In this document: positions 1 to 64,000 of the stretch, piece after piece
Layout: each line of letters opens with the position of its first letter
Position numbering within the stretch: position 1 is the stretch's first letter
Assembly: GCF_036365525.1 (NCBI RefSeq)
Contig: NC_090372.1
Span: forward strand, 44,764,246-44,828,245
Direction of reading: 5' to 3'
DNA length: 64,000 bases
Source of the DNA: Heterodontus francisci
Taxonomy: Eukaryota
Notes under the pieces: model-generated
The model's input: only the letters and a program-made list of their open reading frames with translations
The model's database searches: none
What the model was told of the DNA's origin: nothing
Program-made: the position numbers and the translations under genes

Positions 1-659
1 TGATTAACTTTGTATCTGCTCAATTACTACAGCACTGATTTTTAAGTGTCTCGAGGCCCATTGATGGAGAAACATTCCTTTAATTTTGGAAAATGTACCT
101 ATACCAACTATTGCCATTGTTGTACACAGCGCGGAGTCTCTAGTTGTGTAGCTGGGAGCAACAAATTGCATCATAGTTCATATATTGAAACCTTTTGTAA
201 AACATTGGGGAGAAGACTGTTGGGTTCAATATTTTCCACTCTTGCTACCAGCCACAAACAGATGCAGTTGCAATAACAAACAAAATTGGCTAAGAATACA
301 CAGTAAGTCTGCCAGCATCTTAATGAACAATGATGGGTAAATGTTTTGGAAACACCTTGATTCTGTTCAGTATTTTAATTTGTGGTTTTGACAACACTTT
401 TATCAAGCTTGCATTCTCCATAGTGATAGATCTTTTATAATGAAAGGTAAATCATTGTGTCAGCCATCTGTTCCTCAGGTGTTGATTGATTGATATAGGT
501 ATAAAATTAGAGTCAACCTGTCTGGATCTGGGACACGAATATCCACTCCACATTACTTAACATGGTATACTTGATGCTATGTTTTGTGCAATTGAGATTA
601 GCTATATTTTGATGAGGGAGCAGTGATGCAGACTTGTTGTCTGGCAGGTGGAGACAGAA

Positions 660-810
660 ATTACTCTTTTCCTTTCCCCTCTTTTGCCCTCAGCATTTCC
701 TGCTAATCTACCTCTCCCATTTCCCCCTCTTCTGCCCTTCTCATTTGCACCACTTCTACCTTTCTCATTTCCCTCTCATACCCATTCCTCTCCGCCCCCA
801 ACCCCAAACT
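660..810. repeat. Pyrimidine-rich degenerate tandem repeat (about 45-bp unit, about 2 copies)
   Basis: Repeated ctacct(c/t)tc(c/t)catttccc and ccctctt(t/c)tgccct segments. Confidence 0.55.
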
Positions 811-1250
811 CAGAAACTAGTTGGTTGTCAGGGTTATGTTGACAGGTCTGTGCAGGGAAAATGCTGCAATATTTACCAATTATGCATAGCTCAACAAAAT
901 TGTTTCCATTCCTAGAATTTCAAACCTATTGAAGAAACCATTGCACTAAACTAGCCATAGTGGAGAATTGAAGGCAGAATACTTTGATTTGATATCACAT
1001 TCTTCTCTACAGAATGTTTTTGTAATGAGTGCTAATGAACAACAGGTTTTGTTTGAAAATCTGGAAATGAAATGTGTTGCAGCTGTTTGACGGTACAACA
1101 ACTTTGCTCACTGACCAGTATTTTACAGAACTAGTTTTGTAACCTTGAGTAAAATAAAAGCAAAATACTGTAGATGCTGGAAATCTGAAATAAAACCAAA
1201 AAGTGCTGGTAATGCTCAGCAGGTTTGGCAGCATCTCTGGAGAGAAGCAA

Positions 1251-1289
1251 AGTTAATGTTTCAGGTCAGTGACCTTTCATCAGAACTGG
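1251..1289 (-). ncRNA. Minimal type-I hammerhead ribozyme motif (PLE pLTR), stem III decayed
   Basis: Minus strand reads CCAGUU-CUGAUGA-AAGGUC ACU GACCU-GAAAC-AUU-AACU. Confidence 0.7.
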
Positions 1290-1554
1290 AAAAGGTTAGA
1301 AATGTAATAGATGTGTCTGCCCACTTTTCTTCATGTTTTGCTTTTGGCTAGGGCTTTTATTATTGTCATTTAACACCCTCTCCGCACGAATGCTTTGTAT
1401 TCCACCACACCATTTACACACTCTTTGTCTTTGCCCCATGACCTCCTTGTCAGTTATTCTCTGTGACCCTGTCCTATCAACATCTTCCCATTTGTTCCCT
1501 TTGCCCCACCCCCACTTTATTTGCTTTAAACCTATTACATTTCTAACCGTTGCC

Positions 1555-1727
1555 AGTTCTGATGAAAGGTTGATGACCGAGTTCTTGTACCGTCAAACAG
1601 CTGCAACACATTTCAATTCCAGATCTTCAAACAAAACCTGTTGTTCATTAGCACTCATTACAAAAACGTTCTGGAAAGAAGAATGTGATATAAAATCAAA
1701 GTATTCTGATGACCTGAAACGTTAACT
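1555..1727 (+). ncRNA. Hammerhead ribozyme motif with a 136-nt insertion in loop II
   Basis: AGUU-CUGAUGA(1559-1565)-AAGGU...[insert]...GACCU-GAAAC-GUU-AACU(1727). Confidence 0.65.
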
Positions 1728-1899
1728 TTACTTCTCTCTCCACAGATGCTGCCAGACCTGCTGAGTATTTCCAGCCCATTTTGGTTTTATTTGTAACCTT
1801 GAGCATCGCTAACAGAGGCAGATGGTTCATCAGGTTTTTCATTGGCTGTTTATAAATGAGAATCAGAACAGACTCGGTTTGTTATTACATTTAGCTTTT

Positions 1900-1926
1900 T
1901 ATATATATATATATATATATTATATA
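1900..1926. repeat. (TA)n microsatellite
   Basis: Direct dinucleotide run. Confidence 0.9.
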
Positions 1927-2651
1927 CACAGCACGAGATATTTCAAGGACAGGTTGTGGAAGAACAGTGGGGGAAAATTTGAACCCTTTGCCACTTGTGG
2001 TCAAAAAATAGTGAAGTTTTTTTGGAAATAGTAGGCCTGCAGATTATTCGAGTCCAAACTGTTATGGAATTGTCTAGTTTTCAAAATGTAGCAAACACAA
2101 GAAAATGATCTGAAGGTGGGTGTGGACCATAAACCATGTTTGGAGTGCTGTACTGTTCTTGCTGTTTGGCTGAGCTGCATTGCGTTCTGTTGTTTCAGTA
2201 AGAGTTCATCCTTACTTTACAGGCCTGCCTTCAGCAGCACATGTACCTTCAGAAGCAGCTCTTTCTAGCCAGCTGAGTACAGATAAGTCACATGAGTGCA
2301 AAGGATTGGAACAGAGTAGAGGAAGTGTTCCTCTGCAACCAGCTGGTGCACTTCTGATATTGCTGGCCAGTTTGTATTTCCCTCTTCTCCCTCACCTTCC
2401 TCTAATATCCGAGAGGTCAGGGGTCGATTTGTGCAGGCGCTGTTGACTTTCAAATATTGCACGCACAGCTGTATTAAAGTTACATTCATGACTTTGGAGT
2501 AACCTTCATATCTGTGGATCATTTTTTGTTGAATGGGACCAGCAATATAAGAGGAACGGATTGTCCTGCGAGTGCACAATTGCAAGTTGTTTTGTAATAT
2601 ATGTCAAACATATCAGGAATTCAGTAATGATTGATTATTGATACAGTAAAG

Positions 2652-3000
2652 AGAAGAACTTACATTTATAAAGCAGCTTTCATGACCTCAGGACATCCCA
2701 GAGCACTTTACAACCAAGGAAATACTTTTGAAGTCCAGTCACAGGCTGCCATGTTTCCTACATTACAACAGTTTGCACACAGCAAGGTCCCACAAACAAC
2801 GATGTGATAATGACCAGAAAATCTGTCTGAGTGATGTTGGTTGAGGGATAAATAGTGGCCATGGGACCAGGGAGGGCTCCCAGACTCCTCTTTGAGCAGT
2901 GCCATGAGATCATTTACATCCACCTGAGAGGGAAGATGGGGCCTCGGTTTAATATCTCATCTAAAATATGGCACATCTGACAGTGTAGTTCCCACTCAGT
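2652..3000 (-). mobile_element. DeuSINE (SacSINE1/AmnSINE1-like) SINE
   Basis: Reverse complement of the family seen at 34615-35075: Deu-domain-like core and L2-like tail. Confidence 0.7.
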
Positions 3001-6000
3001 AATTCATGTTGGATAAACACTTTTCTTAGTAAAGGATATTGCTCAAAAACACCCTTACCAATTATCTTGGCTTCAATAAATTTATACTGAAAAATTTAAG
3101 AGCCTCTGTTCAATGCATTATTGTCAACAAAACCTACATGCCTCAGTATCCTGCTGGATGAATAGGCCACCCACTATTATCTGAAAATACTTCCTTGTGA
3201 GCTTCTTGAAAGGGCTGCCATCATGCTTTCGGTTGTGGTGTTGTTATGAAGCAAACAAAAGCAAAAGCAAGGTCTATTTTATAGAAACATCTGTAGCAAT
3301 GTGGTAATGGTCGTTAAGTGTAGTGAATTGTCCCAATAAAGGCTGCCAATTGTGCAGAGGCTGTTAGCAAGCCTGTTGAAGAATGCAGTAGCTTGTTTCG
3401 TCTATATCCTTGCTTCTGTTGCAGAACGGTACTATAGTTAACTGCAGCCTGTTTTGAGTGGCACTGTAATTTCTATTGATTTGGTTAGCAGGCAGTGAGA
3501 TGTGCCTACCCTGACAAAAGGACCAAAACACAATCCAGTTTCATGATTATGTTTTAAGCTTCCTTGATGGTGGGTCCCATGTTACTTCTAAACTGACTTG
3601 ATTTGCTTGGCAATTGACACCAATGAAGGATGTTGCAAAGCTTTAAGGCTGGAACAGTTCTTTAATTTATACAAAATTTCAAGTCCAAGCTTCTGTTTTC
3701 TTCCACTTTATAAAATGGATAATTCTGATTCCTCTTTCCTCCTGTCCCCATAGCTGTTGGTAAATGCAGCTGTATGATGCTGAGCAATGCAAATTTACAA
3801 GGATGCTGGATCTGACTCCCGCTGGAATGTTCCAGGTTAGTTGATCCAGTCATTAGGAAGTGAAGTGGAGAGGAGTAGGGCAGCTGGCTTCAGTGTCCCT
3901 GTGCTAGGGAGAGGAAAAAGCTATTCTGGGTTCTTGTGCCACATTGGCAAGTTCACCCAATAATAGTGTTCCCTTGGTCAAGGTACTGAAGATTGTTGGC
4001 TTCTGTGGCCAACATGAGGCACTAAACCTCAGAACACATGGCAAGGAAAATAGATATTTTTAAACTAGTTTTACGATTGGAAAGAGAAGTTTTTTTTAAC
4101 CTTAAGTAACCTGTTGTATGACTGGTTTGGGGGAAAAAAAAATCTTTGCAGGGAGCCTAAAATAAAACCTAAAATGTTTGCGTTGAGTGAGTGTGACTGT
4201 TTTTAAAAATTAGCTATAATTAAAATCACTTCCAGGCACATTTTTTCAGAATCTACAGTTTGCCACATTGGTTAATCATTTTGCGAACCAGTGAATCCTC
4301 TGTGGTGACAGTGAAGGCTCAAGAGCTCTCTCTGGTGGCGGAGGTTAGAGTTTCGCAAGCTCTGTCAAGTAATGGTGGGCATACTTTTGCCAGAATAGAT
4401 GATGATTGTTCTGTGCTCGAGTCCCGATCGATCTTCAAGTGTTCCTGAACTAGAGTCCATAACAGGTCTCAGGACAGTGCAGGAACTCCTGCACAAGGTG
4501 GGCAATATGTCAGGTTGTGATCTTACTAGTACAGTGATGGGTTTGTATGTTCTCCCCAGCATTATGAACCTTGACTGATCTTCAGGGAGCAAGCAGTGTT
4601 TTAGGAACTTGGGCAGGTCAATCAGCACTGTTCTGACAACTCTTAACCAGTCATGGAATGATGATGACAGTTCCAGCCTTTTTCAAATTGCTTCAAGGTT
4701 GTCCTATAAGTAATCTGAAACCCAGTAGTGAACCACCAGTACACAGCTGGTTTTCAAAGTAGTCTTGTTTGTAGCTTCTCCCTCCTGCTTTTGAACCACT
4801 CTCAACTCTGATCTACATGGCACTGGTGGCCAAAAACCTGGTGGCTGCTGTCAGCTCAGCTGCTGCAACTCATGATAGTACTGAAGTGATTGTAAGACTC
4901 ACTTGCTTATGCTGTCTCCTAGTAATCATTGCAAGCTATTGAGGGCTGGAGAGCTTTTGTTTGAAGCTACCCATGTATGCATGTGTCTGACATGCTGATG
5001 AATGTACAGTTAAAATATTTTAGTACTTCCCCTCTTTACCTCCTCCCCTTCCTCAGTCCTCCCTAGTGACCATAAGCTTCAGTGCAGGTGCAGTCTATCT
5101 TATAGAATTTAGATGGCTAATGCTATGTTTTTGGTCACTGCTATCTTTTTAAAAAAAAAAGTAATTCCAGCTCTCGCTTGACTAACTTTCTTCTCTCCTT
5201 AAAGATGTTGTCTCCTTGCTGCGCTGTCTTTTCACAGACACCTGTAATCTGCTGCCAGCTCACCCCAAGAGGCCTTTATTTGTTTGTGTTCGGCACTACT
5301 CAGCAAAGCCTGGCCATAATCACCATGAGGGTTACTAGGCAGCGATCAGGAATAGGAACCTGGGCTAGATCCACCTCATCCCCACATCCCCATACTTACA
5401 GCCCAATCAAAGGTACTGAGGTCTGTTGTAGAATCTGCGCTGCCATTGTGCTTACAGAGAAAGAGAACTGGATTGAGCTGCAGTCAAACTTGAGATCTAC
5501 CTGGTCTGTATGGCATAGCTGCTTGTTGTATCTGCTGACCTGACTTTCATTGCCAGCACCATTTTCTAGGGACAGGAAAGTAAACTCGGAGGTTACTTTT
5601 TATCGCCTTTTGGAAACTTGCCAAAATAGTTGGATTTCCCTTATGTTTGCTCTTTGGCATTTCTATTGTAAGTGGTAGCAGAATTGCATGGTCAGCTGCT
5701 GTTTGAAACTATAGTTGGAGTATAAAACGGAAATGAGAGGAGGTATAGTTTTGAGAATACTTACGCAACAGATTCATAGGATGCAAGTGTGTGTCTTCAA
5801 GCTCACTCAAAATGAGTGTACTGTCTCAGCCATGCCAACAGTCATGTGAAGCTAATCATGCTCCACAGGAAAGCAAAAAATCAGTATGTGCGATACACAT
5901 GGCTAGTCACATTTAGTTCCAAAAAGTTTTGTTACATTTATAGAGCAAGGCTGGAAAAGTACTGGGAATTTGTCATTCACTCTCACAGTTGGTTGGGGAT

Positions 6001-6129
6001 GAGAGTGCGTGTGTAAAACCTAATCATGGAAACATGAACATACACTTCAAAAAAAAATATCATGTTTAGTGGTGAATATGGTAGGTAAAGAAAATGTGTC
6101 TATTTATCTCTCTTCTAGAAAGTATCTGC

Positions 6130-6490
6130 TTGGCTCAATTGGTAGTACAAACTTGGAAGGTTGTGGATTTAAATTCCTCTCCAAGACATGTGCGCTGGAT
6201 CTAGGCTTATGCTGTTGGGCAGTACTGGAGAAGTGCAGCATCATCCAATGTGCTGTCTTTGGGACAAGGATCAGCCTGCCTTTTGAGCATGAGCGATCCA
6301 GTGGCAATGGTCAAAGGCAGGCAGGGATTTCTCCAGATATCCTGACCAACATTCTTTCCTCGGCCAACACCATCAAAATCAGATTTGTTCTTTGAAGGGC
6401 CTCGCTGTGTACAAATTGGCTGTGGTTTTGTCTGTATAATGGTGGCTACAATTTGCTGTATCCTGAGGATATAATCAGACACTATGTTTT
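6130..6490 (+). mobile_element. Degraded DeuSINE-like SINE
   Basis: tRNA-like head ggctcaattggtag...; core gctgtctttgggacaag...cctgaccaacattctttcctc. Confidence 0.6.
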
Positions 6491-6583
6491 GTTTCTTCTA
6501 ATGTGGACAATCCGTTGCTGTGAGATAGGTTTTTGTATTGTTGAGAGATGACTATGTTAATCACTGCTTTTGTTCTTTTACAG

Positions 6584-62289
<55,706 letters not shown>

Positions 62290-62564
62290 GTGAGTAGAAG
62301 GTTTGGTCGAAGTAGGATTGAAGATGTTCAGTATCTGAGCACAGTTGTAATCTAATCTCTAACCAGGAAAAGCAAGCTTTTTAGGTTTGTTTCATACTAT
62401 CTTCCACACCTGCTGGAGATTCTCCTGTGCCCTTGCCCATCCCAAACTTACCCAAGGATATATCAGATACCTGCAGTATTACTCGAAATGTAATACATTT
62501 TTGATGTGGAATAGGGGAAGGTAAATGCAATGCATAGTGTAGGACGTAGCCAGACAGATCAAGA

Positions 62565-63010
62565 AAATAATTGCATTCATACACTGGATTTCACATCCAC
62601 AAGCTGTCCCAAAGCACTTTAAAACCAACTAATTGCTGTTGATTGCTGGATAAATGTTGGCCTCTGAGCCAGAAGGTTCAAGAGCCACACCAGGACTTGG
62701 AACACATAATCTAGGCTGACATTATGGAGATTCCATCTTCTTATGAGAAAGTGAAGGCAGGTTCCTGTCTGCCTGTTCAGGTGGATGAAAAAGATTCCAT
62801 TGTAGAATTCAACAGGAAGCAAAAGTTTCCCTGATGCTTGGCCAACATTCTTTCCTCAATCGACATCACCAAAACAGGTCATCTGGTCATTGCTCTTGTG
62901 CACAAATAAGCTGTGACTCCGCAATGCCAGTGACTACACTTGAAATGCTATCTATTTATTATAAACTGCTTTAGGACTTCTAAACGTAAGTCCTTAAATG
63001 AAAGAAGGCT
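62565..63010. mobile_element. Two DeuSINE-like pieces head to head (minus 62565-62645, plus 62650-63010)
   Basis: Tail ttgcattcatac...gtcccaaagcacttta on minus; head gcctctgagccagaaggttcaag and Deu core on plus. Confidence 0.6.
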
Positions 63011-63019
63011 TGTCTTGTG

Positions 63020-63360
63020 TCTCAGTAGGTAACTGTGGTTTTGCATTGAGTCATATAGGCAGGAAAGCCCAACATTCATTGATCTATACCAAGTTAGCTG
63101 ATGGCAATCAAGGTGGACAGCTACAATTTCCACCAAATAGGGAAGAGAAAATTCAGCCAGGACTTCCTATTCCTGATTACTACCCAGTGACCCTTGTATA
63201 TGAGTGCTGTTGAGAGCATTGAACATGGCAGTGATGCCCCCCAAGGAAAGTAGGCTGCTCACACTCTATCCGACTCTCTCATGAAGGATGGCCACTTAGG
63301 ACTGCTGACACATGAGCAACTAGATCCTCAGTTGAGGTCTGTCCTTCTGGAGAGAAGGGG
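63020..63360 (+). repeat. Unclassified interspersed repeat (related pieces near 3880-4050, 5270-5545 and 33380-33520)
   Basis: attcagccaggacttcctattcctgattactacccagtgaccc is the reverse complement of 5328-5370 (gggttactaggcagcgatcaggaataggaacctgggct). Confidence 0.5.
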
Positions 63361-63654
63361 AGGAAGATGCCAATAAAAAAAAAAAATCCAGTTAATAATT
63401 GGTAACATTACGAAGTTTAAATACACTCGAGGGGTGGGGAGTCATCTAGAAGCACAAGGCAGAGCTGAGTTAGGAAAGTCACTTGAATCCCTGAGATGAT
63501 CTTGCATGCATCTTTTGTACTTATTCTATCCTTTTCCACCTTGACATTTGTGCTTTTGTTCTGATTTCTATCTAAGGCTGCAGTTACGCTGTAGCTCTAA
63601 ATATGGGACCAGCATCTGTTGGTTGCAAGTTATGTGATAAAAAAGGAAGCACTT

Positions 63655-64000
63655 ATAGAATAATTGAAATTTACAACACAGAAGGCCTGTTGTGCCTGTG
63701 CTGTCTCTTTGAAAGAGCAGCAATGCTTAGTCTGTGTTTTGCCTGTAACCCTGTAAGTTCCTCATCCTCAAGTACCTGTCCAACTCCCTTTTAAAATATT
63801 TAATGGAATCATTTTCCACCACCTTTCCAGGTGGAGCGTTCCAGATTCCGACAACTGAGTGAAAAAAATTCTCCTCTAGATCTTTTGCCAGTGATTTTTA
63901 AACTATGTCCTCTAGTTATTGGCCCACTCACCAGAGGGAATAACTTTTCTCTATCTACTCTATGAAAACTTCTCATCATCTTGAAAACCTCCATTAGGTC
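63655..64000 (-). mobile_element. CR1 3' fragment running off the window
   Basis: EVFKMMRSFHRVDREKLFPLVSGPITRGHSLK plus CR1 tail. Confidence 0.85.

Larger units (their letters stand above)
1150..1789 (+). mobile_element. Non-autonomous Penelope-like element with inverted 5' pseudo-LTR and 14-bp TSD
   Basis: 1150-1310 is the reverse complement of the pLTR seen at 1532-1789 and 10140-10302. TSD tttgtaaccttgag at 1136-1149 and 1790-1803. Confidence 0.85.

Noticed and set aside
1706-1727. A second complete hammerhead created by the TGATGACC duplication (CUGAUGA-CCU-GAAAC)
   Set aside because: Only 3 nt separate the core halves, so stem II cannot form.
2180-2446. Upstream JARID2 constitutive exon
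   Set aside because: No similarity to the expected JARID2 peptide and no phase-0 donor matching the 6584 acceptor. Kept only as a low-interest candidate.

Overview
This window is eukaryotic DNA, most likely from a shark or other cartilaginous fish (inferred from HE1-like SINEs, HER1/CR1 LINEs and DeuSINE-like repeats). It covers the middle of a JARID2 (Jumonji, PRC2.2 cofactor) gene on the + strand. Ten consecutive GT-AG coding exons splice in frame and encode JmjN, ARID, a catalytically dead JmjC domain and the start of the C5HC2 zinc finger; both gene ends lie outside the window. The introns are full of retroelements: CR1/HER1, a second CR1/Jockey-type family, L2, a near full-length RTE LINE, Penelope-like elements (PLEs) with a GIY-YIG endonuclease, at least three SINE families, MITEs and a G-rich 43-bp minisatellite. 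The most interesting non-genic signals are four PLE-borne minimal hammerhead ribozyme motifs and a PLE insertion at 1150-1789. That insertion has inverted ends and a 14-bp target-site duplication, and an inverted 128-nt copy of adjacent host DNA sits inside the hammerhead's loop II. Most short ORFs in the supplied track are spurious or LINE fragments. Repeat family names come from recognition, not database searches, and repeat boundaries are approximate.
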